Shown piece by piece: positions 1 to 10,100 of a stretch of 64,000 nucleotides of DNA. How positions within the stretch are numbered: the first letter of the stretch is position 1; the number at the start of each line of letters is the position of its first letter. Origin of the DNA: Histomonas meleagridis 2922-C6/04-290x (lineage: Eukaryota > Protista > Parabasalia); the NCBI GenBank assembly GCA_020184695.1, contig JAANOX010000275.1, positions 124,001 through 188,000 of the forward strand, given 5' to 3'. A program made the position numbers and the translations under genes. The notes below the pieces were generated by a model. It was not told the origin of the DNA, did no database searches, and saw only the letters and a program-made list of their open reading frames with translations.

Positions 1-8
1 AAAGGAAA

Positions 9-1016
9 ATGTTTTTTGTGTTCTTTTGTTTGATATTTTCTTGGGATATACCACCGGAACCTGACATTACTCAATACACTTCTTTCAATAATCGAGTTGT
101 ATATGAAAGTTCAGTGACAATTACTAATTGTATTTTTGAATCGATAATTTCAAGTTCACCAGGAACTGCTATTTGTTTAGTCAATTCCAACATGAATGCT
201 TATATTTGTTATTCATCATTTATCAATTGTCGAAATACAAATTTAAATTATGAATTTTTACCGACAATTTATTTATCGACTAACGATCTTGTCATATATT
301 CAAGTTACTGTGGTAATTGTACTAGTGAAGCTGTTGGTTCATTTCTTGCTGCAGAATCTATAAATCCAACCATCATCAATTATACATCCATGTATTCATG
401 CCACGCTATTGATTCCAACATCTGTAGAATATATGTCTCACACACAATAAATTTTTTAAATTGCAATTTCACATCTAATTTTGCAACTCAATCTTCGGTA
501 TTTTCACATTTTGAATCTAAAACCATTTCATTTTGTTATTTTACTAATAATTCGGGTTCAACGTTGATAACAATGACAGGTAATCAAAATCCATTTGAAG
601 ATTTTTCATATTGCGCGTTTTATAAAAACACTATAATCCAAGAGCCTGGGAGCTTATGTGGAATATTTAGGTTGGGAGTCTTTATAGATACGCAACTTTA
701 TAATTGCATATTTCAACATAATAATTTAGTAGATAGTGGAATGAGTTCGAGCTCGTCAATAAGTTTAATTCATTGCGTATATGATAAAGACATCGAATAT
801 ATATCCGTTGGAAATATTTATTTGGTAAACTGTACTCAAAATGATGAAACAGTTCCATTGCCGAGTTGGCCAATGGAACCTTTGTATCCTTTGCCGATAA
901 TGACTTACTATGGATACAAAAGAATATATAAGCAAAGGTACAGAATTTACGAGTTTTTGGGATTCAAATACGCTGAAATTGTTGATGATGAAAATGATTT
1001 CGAAAAAGAAATTTAA
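9..1016 (+). CDS. Putative secreted/surface protein with Asn/Cys/Phe-rich beta-helix-like (Pmp/pectin-lyase-like) repeats
   Basis: 335-aa ORF with hydrophobic N-terminus (MFFVFFCLIFS) and recurring FxNC/NCxF/FxNN-type motifs; fold call is by pattern only. Confidence 0.55.
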   Translation: MFFVFFCLIFSWDIPPEPDITQYTSFNNRVVYESSVTITNCIFESIISSSPGTAICLVNSNMNAYICYSSFINCRNTNLNYEFLPTIYLSTNDLVIYSSYCGNCTSEAVGSFLAAESINPTIINYTSMYSCHAIDSNICRIYVSHTINFLNCNFTSNFATQSSVFSHFESKTISFCYFTNNSGSTLITMTGNQNPFEDFSYCAFYKNTIIQEPGSLCGIFRLGVFIDTQLYNCIFQHNNLVDSGMSSSSSISLIHCVYDKDIEYISVGNIYLVNCTQNDETVPLPSWPMEPLYPLPIMTYYGYKRIYKQRYRIYEFLGFKYAEIVDDENDFEKEI

Positions 1017-1351
1017 ATAGAAATGTGTTTGTGAATAAATGCTATAATAAATTACCTGATTTTATTTTTATTTATTGGGGATGTTTTGATATTTAATTGT
1101 TCATTTATAAATTAAATCGTTTGAATTTATTATATAAATTTTCTTAAATTAATTTCTTTGATAAATAAATTAATTACTCTAAAATAATAAGCATTTAGAA
1201 TTTTACATGAAAAATAAGAATTGGCCAATCGATCTTGTTTATGAAATGGTGTTCTTTTGGAATTTAAAATCTTTCTTTTTTCATTGTCGAAGATAGAAAT
1301 TTCAGAAGAATTTGGTGAATTGACTTTTGAATGACTCAAATTTGAATAGAT

Positions 1352-1379
1352 AACGGTTATTTTAATTGTGATAACCGTT
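1352..1379. promoter_or_regulatory. Inverted pair of M3/Myb-recognition-like elements upstream of the alpha-amylase
   Basis: aacggttat (1352-1360) and ataaccgtt (1371-1379) are exact reverse complements with a 10-nt spacer. Confidence 0.35.
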
Positions 1380-1451
1380 TTCTCTTAAATCCTACCTCCC
1401 TCCTTTCAAATGAAAGAAATCACATCACCTTCCTACCTGACTTCATTTATC

Positions 1452-3068
1452 ATGGAGGAAATCCAAAATGAGCCTCTTCTGAGTTCAAAGGATATTGGAT
1501 CCCATAAAGAAGTCAAACCAAAGAGATGGTTTTATTGGTTTGCGGCTTTATGTGTAGGAATTGGTTTAGTTGTTGGAACTACAATTGGGTATATTTCATT
1601 CCATAAAACAACTTCTACAACACAAACAACAATAGATACAACTACAGTTGGATCATCAAATGGATTAAACACAGATTTCAACTCACTTACAATTTATCAA
1701 ATTATGGTTTCATCATTCCAAGGTGATGGTTCATCATGTTATTGCACAGGTTATGGTCCAAGTAGTCATAGAGGTAATCTTAAAGGTATCATTAATGCAC
1801 TTGATTATATTAAAGGTCTTAATGTTAATGCAATTTGGCTTACACCAGTATTTGATTCAACAGGTGGAACTGGTGGTTCATTACTTCAATCAACTGGTTA
1901 CTTTGCAACTGATTATTTCAACGTTGATCCAAAATTCGGTTCTAATAATGATCTTCGTAATCTTATCAAAGGTTGTCATGATCGTGGAATGTATATCTTT
2001 TTAGATGGTGTTTTCGGTCATCATGGAGGTAATGTTAAAGGATCACCAAGCGGTAAATATCCACAAGGTGGAAGTAATCCAGTTTCATATCCAGGTAGCT
2101 TAGATTTTTATAAAGAAGTCGCAACATATTGGATCCGTGAATATGAAATTGATGGTTGGCGTCTTGATCAATGCTATCAAGTTTATCAAAATGGTCATAA
2201 CTATTGGCATGAAATTCGTGAAGCTGTTCAAAGTGTTTGTAATGAACGTAAGAGCCAAGGTAAACAATGGGGTACACTTGGTTATATGGTTGGTGAACAT
2301 TGGAGTGGTGCTAGTGAAATCCAATCACAAACATATTCACAAGATGGTCTTAAATCAGCATTTGATTTCCCATCACGTTATAACCTTGTTCAAGTTATTG
2401 CACAAGAAGAAAGTGGTGCTGGTGGTTATGGTGTTGGTACACTTACAAATATATTTAAGTCACCAAGTGAAAAAGGATATTCTTCAGATGTTTATCCAAA
2501 TCTTTTCATTACAAACCATGATGTTTGGAGATTTGGTAACTTAATCCGTAACAAATATGGTTATGATAGAAGTAATCCTTCATATTGGAAACGTTATAAG
2601 ATCGCTTTAGGTTGTTTAGCTGCTTATACTGGTCCAATTACAATTTATTATGGTGATGAAGTTGGTGATATAGCAGACTGCTGGCAATCTTATGGATGTG
2701 GTGGTAATACAGCTGGTGATAATGTTGCACGTACTGATGGACATATCTCAGGATTTAACAATAACGAACAAGATTTGCATGATTATACTGCTAAGATAAT
2801 GAACATACGTCAAAATTATCCAGCAATGTGGAGAGGTTCTAACAGTGTTTCAACTAAAGATGGTGCACTTATTAATGTTAAATGGGATTCTCAAACACAA
2901 ACAAAGATCGTCTTTGTTGTTAATACAGGAACAATGCCAACAACAGTATATGTTAATTGTGGTGGTTCATACTTCAAAGATCTCATATCAGGCCAACAAT
3001 ACAGCGGTAATGGTGGATTCAACTTGAATTGTGATCCACTTACATGCTACATATTTGAGGCTAAATAA
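1452..3068 (+). CDS. Membrane-anchored alpha-amylase, glycoside hydrolase family 13
   Basis: GH13 motifs GNLKGIINALDYIKGLNVNAIWLTPVF, DGVFGH, GWRLDQ (nucleophile Asp), VGEHW (acid/base Glu), ITNHD; N-terminal TM helix WFAALCVGIGLVVGTTIGYISF plus Thr-rich stalk; Inr TCATTT at 1443-1448 favours ATG 1452 (ORF track starts at 1410). Confidence 0.9.
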   Translation: MEEIQNEPLLSSKDIGSHKEVKPKRWFYWFAALCVGIGLVVGTTIGYISFHKTTSTTQTTIDTTTVGSSNGLNTDFNSLTIYQIMVSSFQGDGSSCYCTGYGPSSHRGNLKGIINALDYIKGLNVNAIWLTPVFDSTGGTGGSLLQSTGYFATDYFNVDPKFGSNNDLRNLIKGCHDRGMYIFLDGVFGHHGGNVKGSPSGKYPQGGSNPVSYPGSLDFYKEVATYWIREYEIDGWRLDQCYQVYQNGHNYWHEIREAVQSVCNERKSQGKQWGTLGYMVGEHWSGASEIQSQTYSQDGLKSAFDFPSRYNLVQVIAQEESGAGGYGVGTLTNIFKSPSEKGYSSDVYPNLFITNHDVWRFGNLIRNKYGYDRSNPSYWKRYKIALGCLAAYTGPITIYYGDEVGDIADCWQSYGCGGNTAGDNVARTDGHISGFNNNEQDLHDYTAKIMNIRQNYPAMWRGSNSVSTKDGALINVKWDSQTQTKIVFVVNTGTMPTTVYVNCGGSYFKDLISGQQYSGNGGFNLNCDPLTCYIFEAK

Positions 3069-3578
3069 AAATTTACCTCTTCATTTTGATATCAAATTTT
3101 GCTTAAATGATATAATGTTTTTTTTATTATGTTCAAAAATATAAAATATTTTACAATAAGAAAACAATTTATCATAAAATAAAAAATCAAAATAAAAAAA
3201 AAATTTGTGATATATTTATCCTCAAAATTTATGAACATTTATAATTGAATGCAAAATTAAATCACAAATATATTATTTATTTAAACAAAAATTATATTTG
3301 TTTTATGAATTTACCTTATTTAATATCAGCATGAAATGATCTTATCCGGATATTCGTAGCAGAAATTCTCGTTATAAATGTTTTTGTTGTTTCATTTTCA
3401 TTTTGTATTTCTGAATCATCGTTATTGTTAGTTTCTTCTTTTTCACTTCGAATTTGTACCAATCAAGCAATAAGTAATAACAACAACTACTACACAAACA
3501 ATAACAATATTGTTATTTGTATGAGATTCATTTGTGAAAAATATTGGCGAATAAATAATAATTGTTCAGTCATAAAAA

Positions 3579-3950
3579 ATAAATTCCGTATCAATACAAA
3601 TATTTGACGAATTACTTCCAAGCAATGAAAATGATTTTGTTTGTATTCCACAAACAGTTAAAGAATATGATTTAGTGAATGAATTAATTTGTTTTGGAGT
3701 TATAGGTAAACAAGAAAATTCTGAATGTATTATCGAAATCATCATTCAATATGTATTTTTAATTGTTTAATTATCCATCATTAAAATAGCTTAACATTTT
3801 GTATTTTGCAACAAGCCAAATAATTTTTTTCATATGACTGGTGCACATGAAATAGAAAAAGAAACACTTAATCAATTTTTTGAAATTTGAAAATTATTTC
3901 CATCTAAAGTTGAGGTTATACTTGACTACTTAGAATTAAAAACATAACAT
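3579..3950 (+). pseudogene. Possible decayed coding remnant
   Basis: 64 stop-free codons with host-like usage and no ATG (INSVSIQIFDELLPSNENDFVCIPQ..., 3579-3770), followed by a stop-interrupted fragment MTGAHEIEKETLNQFFEI*KLFPSK; no family recognised. Confidence 0.25.
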
Positions 3951-4199
3951 AGTCATTTTGTTTCTTCTTTCAACTGGAAGAAAGTTTAATTATTTCTTCA
4001 GTATTAATATTTATTACCCACTATGAATAAACAGTTTAATTATCATTTTCAACATTTAACATTGTTGATAAGGAATTCATTTCTTCAAGTTAAATGGTAA
4101 TTTTGTTTTTGTAAGGGAATTTCTTGGTCCACCCTGATTTTTAATCGGTCAACATTCAAAAATTCACTTAAACTGCCTTATACCAAAAGTGCGAATAAA

Positions 4200-4219
4200 A
4201 ACGGTTTTGGTCGGCCTTT
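4200..4219 (+). promoter_or_regulatory. Trichomonad M3 + M5 core promoter of RPS18
   Basis: AACGGTTT (4200-4207) and CCTTT (4215-4219), 6 nt before ATG 4226; matches the M3/M5 elements known from Trichomonas vaginalis ribosomal-protein genes. Confidence 0.75.
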
Positions 4220-4225
4220 GTTCAA

Positions 4226-4690
4226 ATGCCTTTGGAAGTAACAGATCCATCAGCATTCCGTGATATGGTCCGTATGCTCTCAACAAACGTAGATGGTCGC
4301 AAGCCACTTTACTTGGCACTTACAGCTATTGCTGGTCTTGGCCGTAGATTTGCTCATGCTGTTGCACGTCGTGCTGGTCTTGATCCACTCAAACGCGCTG
4401 GTACCCTTACATCACAAGAAGAAGAACGTATTGTTGCAATCATTCAAAACCCAGTTGAAAATGGAATTCCAGTCTGGATGCTCAACCGTAGAAATGACCG
4501 TGCAACTGGCAAGAACCTTCAATGGGCTTCAACTGATCTTTCATCTAACCACCGTAACGAAATCGAACGTATGAAGAAGATGAGGATGAAGCGTGGTATC
4601 CGTCATAGCCTTGGTCTTAAGGTTCGTGGTCAATGCACTAAATCAACTGGTCGTCGTGGCGTTGCAGTTGGTGTTGAACGTAAGAAATAA
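4226..4690 (+). CDS. RPS18: 40S ribosomal protein S18 (uS13)
   Basis: LTAIAGLGRRFA, IPVWMLNRRND, RGIRHSLGLKVRGQCTKSTGRRG are diagnostic uS13 motifs; strongly biased codon usage. Confidence 0.97.
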   Translation: MPLEVTDPSAFRDMVRMLSTNVDGRKPLYLALTAIAGLGRRFAHAVARRAGLDPLKRAGTLTSQEEERIVAIIQNPVENGIPVWMLNRRNDRATGKNLQWASTDLSSNHRNEIERMKKMRMKRGIRHSLGLKVRGQCTKSTGRRGVAVGVERKK

Positions 4691-4922
4691 ACATAATTAT
4701 CAACATCTCGTCAAATACATTTATTCCCACGCAACTATAATATTTCATCATAATCATCATAAGAATAATTTATACATAGGTAGTGATCTAACCTACGAAA
4801 AGATTCAAATTTTGTTCTTTTATAATACTAGTAGAAGTATTTTTGACGTTAAGGTTATTTCTTGAAGAAGAAAAATGATTTTGCTTGTTTTTCATTTCTT
4901 TTTACACGCAAAAACGAAGCAA

Positions 4923-5252
4923 ATGGAAGTCAATCTGATGGATGTTTCAAGTGAAATTTCAAGTAATATTTTTAATCAAGCAAAAACACATATTTCAAAT
5001 TTCATTGATTATCTAGATAAAATTTCAAAGCCATTTTTGGATTGTATGAAAAGGATACGCAAAAATATGGTGATGCATAATAAGAAAGTCTATAATTATT
5101 TATCATCCATTTATCAAGATCATATAAAAAATGTTGATGAAGTTCGAAAACAATGGAAACAAGAAGCACTACAAAGAAAGAAAAATGACAATTTGGATTT
5201 TAGTAAGCTAACAAAAAAAATTGAAGAAATCGAATACAAGTTCATTCATTAA
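4923..5252 (+). CDS. Hypothetical small coiled-coil protein
   Basis: Helical Lys/Glu-rich ORF; second ATG (4923, MEVNL) is the likelier start than 4875. Confidence 0.5.
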   Translation: MEVNLMDVSSEISSNIFNQAKTHISNFIDYLDKISKPFLDCMKRIRKNMVMHNKKVYNYLSSIYQDHIKNVDEVRKQWKQEALQRKKNDNLDFSKLTKKIEEIEYKFIH

Positions 5253-5372
5253 TTGCAGACAAAAAATGTATCATTTGGTGACTAAGGACAGAAGTGAATC
5301 CAAAGAATCATGTAAAAAAATTTTTTGGGAGATCGAAATGTAAATAAAACTAAATTTAAATTATTGGGCTGT

Positions 5373-5933
5373 TTAAACGTGGTATAACCTGGACTTCCTG
5401 CGGCCACGAGCCATTTCGAATTTACGGCCATGAGCACGAACCTTTGGACGTGTCTTGCTATTATCATCACCTGGGGCAGCTCCGAAGTGGCGGCAAGCTT
5501 CACGGCGTTTGCGATCACCTTCAAGAAGGAGGCATTTTTCACCTGTTGGGCGGAGTTGTGCAAGTTGATCGAATGTGATAATTTCACCACCAGCAGCGAG
5601 GATACGAGCACGAGCTGTTTCTGAGAATCTGAGAGCAGCTACCTTCATCTTTGGAACAATTAAAAGGCGTTCATCATTAACAATCTTTGAAACAACAACT
5701 GCGATTGTATCATCTTCCTTACCTTGAAGAGCAACAGCAAGGCGTGAAAGTGAGTATGGACGGCGGTTTGTGTTGGAAAGGCACATGCGGTGAGCGATCT
5801 TCTTGTTGAAATCATTTCCAGTGCGTTGAGCAAGGTAGCTGTAAAGCCTGAAGAGCATATTTAATTGAACATTCTTTGACTTTGGTGTCTTCCTTGACTT
5901 GCGGGAAACACGATGATCTATATCAACACCCAT
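5373..5933 (-). CDS. RPL18: 60S ribosomal protein L18 (eL18)
   Basis: MGVDIDH, PKSKNVQLNMLFRLYSYL, LRFSETARARILAAGGE, TFDQLA, KFEMARGRRKSR; true ATG at 5933 (track start 5972 is TTG). Confidence 0.96.
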   Translation of the reverse strand: MGVDIDHRVSRKSRKTPKSKNVQLNMLFRLYSYLAQRTGNDFNKKIAHRMCLSNTNRRPYSLSRLAVALQGKEDDTIAVVVSKIVNDERLLIVPKMKVAALRFSETARARILAAGGEIITFDQLAQLRPTGEKCLLLEGDRKRREACRHFGAAPGDDNSKTRPKVRAHGRKFEMARGRRKSRLYHV

Positions 5934-5938
5934 TCGAA

Positions 5939-5964
5939 AAAGGCTCGGCCAAACCAAAACCGTT
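5939..5964 (-). promoter_or_regulatory. M3 + M5 core promoter of RPL18
   Basis: Minus strand reads AACGGTTT-tggtttggccgag-CCTTT-ttcga-ATG. Confidence 0.75.
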
Positions 5965-6035
5965 TCATTCAATTAGTTAACGTGCGATGTCGGCGGTTTT
6001 GGAGGACGTTATGAAAAGAACGTTAAAGAAAAAAA

Positions 6036-6914
6036 ATGGAAAAACTTCCAGATCCTATTGGGCCCTACAAATTCGAACAACAATTCGATCAAAAATCTGT
6101 AGACCTTTACCTGTGTTTTAATACTCTAAATAATAGGCGTCAATTTTGTATGACAATTGATTATTCTTATTTTATTCATGAAAGTGTATTTAAAAAATAT
6201 CTAAAGTTTTGGCACCCAAATTTGTTTCAATTTACTGATATCCAATTTTCATTTTCCACCCGTAAATTTTATCTCTTTTTTCCTTATTCTGCGCAAACCA
6301 TGGAAGAAACTTTAATTCAACTTAGTGGGGCACCAGTTGAATCTAATCTTATATATTTTAAACAGTTTATGCTTGCTCTTAAATATTTACATGATCATGA
6401 TTTTCCACATAAGAACATTACTATTTCTTCAATGCGTATTGATAGTAATGGTATTCTTATCCTTTATGGCGCTAGCATTTTCCCAGCTCTTACTGCCGAA
6501 TCTAACATCACCGAATACATGGCACCTGAATGTTTTACTGGCGAACCTTATGACGAAAAGAAAGCAGACATTTGGTCGGCTGGAATTTGTCTTTATGCCA
6601 TGTTATATAATCACCTTCCTTGGATGATCGATGAAAACGAAGAAGATTATGATGGAGCTCTTGTTCAACAGATACAATCAGGAGAAGTTATTTATGAAGA
6701 TTTCCTTGGTAGCCCATATATTGAATTGATTTCAAGCATGTTAAGATTAAATCCCGACGATCGACCAACAGCAACTGAAGTCCTTGAAAATCCAATTTTA
6801 AGTGCTTTGGAAATAGAAAGATATCATAACGACGAAACTGATACTGATGGAAGTATTATAGCTCTTTTCGATGCAATTATTGCAAATGCTCAAGATATAA
6901 TTTCTGACGAATAA
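6036..6914 (+). CDS. Protein kinase-fold protein (CAMK-like C-lobe), probable pseudokinase
   Basis: YMAPE, DIWSAGICLYAML, LPW and RPTATEVLENP are present, but HRD is replaced by HKN, DFG by YGA, and no VAIK or Gly-loop is recognisable. Confidence 0.8.
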   Translation: MEKLPDPIGPYKFEQQFDQKSVDLYLCFNTLNNRRQFCMTIDYSYFIHESVFKKYLKFWHPNLFQFTDIQFSFSTRKFYLFFPYSAQTMEETLIQLSGAPVESNLIYFKQFMLALKYLHDHDFPHKNITISSMRIDSNGILILYGASIFPALTAESNITEYMAPECFTGEPYDEKKADIWSAGICLYAMLYNHLPWMIDENEEDYDGALVQQIQSGEVIYEDFLGSPYIELISSMLRLNPDDRPTATEVLENPILSALEIERYHNDETDTDGSIIALFDAIIANAQDIISDE

Positions 6915-7187
6915 ATTCTATGTTTTTATAAAAATGTGGTAATTTACTAAACAAACTTAATGTAAAATTTTTTGTATATCTTAATCCTGTGTGTATTGGT
7001 GTTTAAATCGCTTCTGTAAAAATAAACGCAAATAAACGGTATTCAGCAAATGTGAGCAAAATTTCTGTTTTGTCATAAGAAATTTCTGATCGGATTTAAA
7101 AGTCTGTTATTTTATTCAATTTGGAACATAAAAGTGTCAATTAAAGGTGCCTCATATTTTAAACGTTCGATAATATTCAAAATTTCC

Positions 7188-10100
7188 ATGGATACACTTC
7201 CATTGGTAACTCCTACACCAGATATAGATACATGGTTTGATGTTATTTCACAAATAATCGAGAATCCTATAAATTTAAAAGGTTATCTAAATGACATACA
7301 AGATGTTTTTCAATCAATTATAAATAACAAAGACATCAAAAAACTTTATATGATTAAAGAACATAGTTTGCTTAATAAGCTAAATCATTACATTCTACAA
7401 AAAATAATATGTTTTAATAAGTTAAGTAAGGAAGATTCCGAAATTGTCGTTACTCTCTTAACATTTTTTGTAGATTTGATACCAAAGTGTATTGTAACCC
7501 AAGATGAAAAATTAATATCAATTATTAACACAATTTTTGAAAGCTCTTCATTATATCAATCAAACCCAGAAATCTTTAAATCTGTTTGTAATTATTTTAT
7601 AAAAGCAGAGTATTACAAAGAAATTGAAGAAGCTCTAACAATTGATCTCACAAATTCTGATTATCTCATATCAATTACCAAACCTATATTTCTAAGTCTT
7701 TCAATAAAAAATTTCATTGATTTCAACAGCTTTACTGATTCTTATACGAAAGCCTTTAACACCATATTCACAACTTCACCAGAGAAAAACTTGACAATTT
7801 TATTTCAAAACTTATTTAATGAAATCAAACGCCAAAAAATCAAAGCGAACGAATTTCTATTAAAATGGTTCGACTTAATATTTAATTACATTAATTATCA
7901 AAGTATTAATCAAAGCTTTTTTTCATTAAAAGCGTTATATTATTTTTTGACCAATGACTTTTACATGAAACAAATTTTAACTTATATAAATAATGATAAA
8001 AAACTTATCCACAAAATTCTTAAAATACCAATTCGTGAAGAGCATAGCCAATATTTATCCAAAATATATGAAATTCTTATTAAAAATTCAATAATTACAA
8101 TGACTGAAATCGAGCAATTATGGAATTTACATTCGACACAACACATAAGTTTGCTTCCAAGTTATTATAATGTATTTAATGGTATTAGTTATGGAATATT
8201 AGAAAACCAAATCAAGAATTATGAAGAGTTAATATTTAATCCTAAAACTAAAACTAAAGAATGGTTAAACTTTATCATTAACACTGGAAATATATTTCTA
8301 AAACGAGAATTTGATACAAAACCATTTTTAAATGTACTGAAGATTATAACAAAAGAAAATAATTCCGAACTAAAAACAATTTCTAATAAATCGTTACCAA
8401 ATTTTATTGCTTATTCAATGACTATTGAAGAATGCAAAGAATTTTTAAGTGAATTTGAAAAGAAATTATCGAAAAAGAAAGTCGATTCATCAAGTTTTAA
8501 AATATTTAATATAATTTATGAACAAAAAAATGTAAAAGATTTTAATTATCAAAATTTGGTTCCATTATTATTTAGTTTTTTAGGGAAAAATTGTAATTTT
8601 GATATAATCATTTCAACAATTAAAAAGATTATAACAAACGAAACAAATATAACTAAATCAATGATAAAGAAATTAATAAAAAACGAAACTTATTCCAATA
8701 AATGTTATCAATTGTTACGATATTTAATTAAAAATAATTATATTGATATTAATATCTTCTTAAATATTATAAAACCAGATGATTTAACTGCAGATTTTTA
8801 TGATTTAATCAAAGAAATTATTTTCGATTCTAATCCAAGTTGTAAAGAACATAAAATAGATAAATATCCACTTGAAAAAGAAGACATTATATGGCATTTT
8901 GCTTTATATTCGAAAGCTAAAAATAGATTCCAATATTTGTTATCTAGAATTTATACTTGGAATCAATGTGATGATCATGAAATGATTTTAAAATTTTATA
9001 ATCAATGGAAATCTTTATTTATTAAAGCAACTGATAATCAAATTAAAGATTACTTGATTTCACTTTTAGAGAAGTTTATCGAAAAGTACGAGTTTTTAAT
9101 TGATGTTCCTTTTGAACGACATAGATTTTTAAATGAATACAACAAAATTAATATTAAAGTTAATAATAAAATTTATACAGTTGATTGCGAAAATTCAATT
9201 TCATCTTTAGCACAAAAAATTTCACCAAATCAACGAATTAATTTAATGTATAAAAAACAAATTTTAGATCCGAAAAGTATAATTAAAAGTAATTTTAAAA
9301 ATTATTATGAGAAAGAAATCGAATTAACATCTATAAAATGTTATGATAAAGATAATGATATTAAAGAAAGAACTTCATTTCCTTCATTAGTTTTTGGTGA
9401 ATTAAATCTTTATGAATTAATATTTAATTCGCCAACTTCTAAAACAATTGAACTATTAAATCTTTTACCAACTTATGATGAAACTATAACATCATTAAAT
9501 AACTTAAATTTCGAATTAGATAAATTCTTTCCTTATAATAACACAACATTATTTTTATATAACTTCCAAACTTTTATGATATTTTATAATAAATCAATGG
9601 ATGTAAAACTTCAAGAAATTGATATTTTACATTATTTAATTACATGTGGTTTATCTACACGTAATTTAACATTATTAGAAAACATATTAGAATTTATTAA
9701 TAACTTTTATGATGATCAAATCTTAGATAAATATCCATTCTTTTCCAATCAAATCATTGATATTATTCAAGAATATTCAACTAAAGCAGAGACATCAGCA
9801 AAGAAATTATTCCAAAAAATATTTAATTTAGGATCAAAACTCAGAAATTTCCAAATTAACTTAAATATTCTTGAGATTTTGTTATTAAATGATGATGATG
9901 ACTTTACTAAAAATGCATCGAAATTCTTAAAAAATATAAATGTTCCATTAGATTTATATGTTAAAGCTTATGATAATTCTGAATATGATCCGAATTCTAA
10001 TTTTTATGAATCATTAAGTCATCATATAACTCAAGAACGTAATAAAAGAGTTACAAATATTTCATTACTTAATTTTAATAGGAAAAAATGTGGATGTTCA

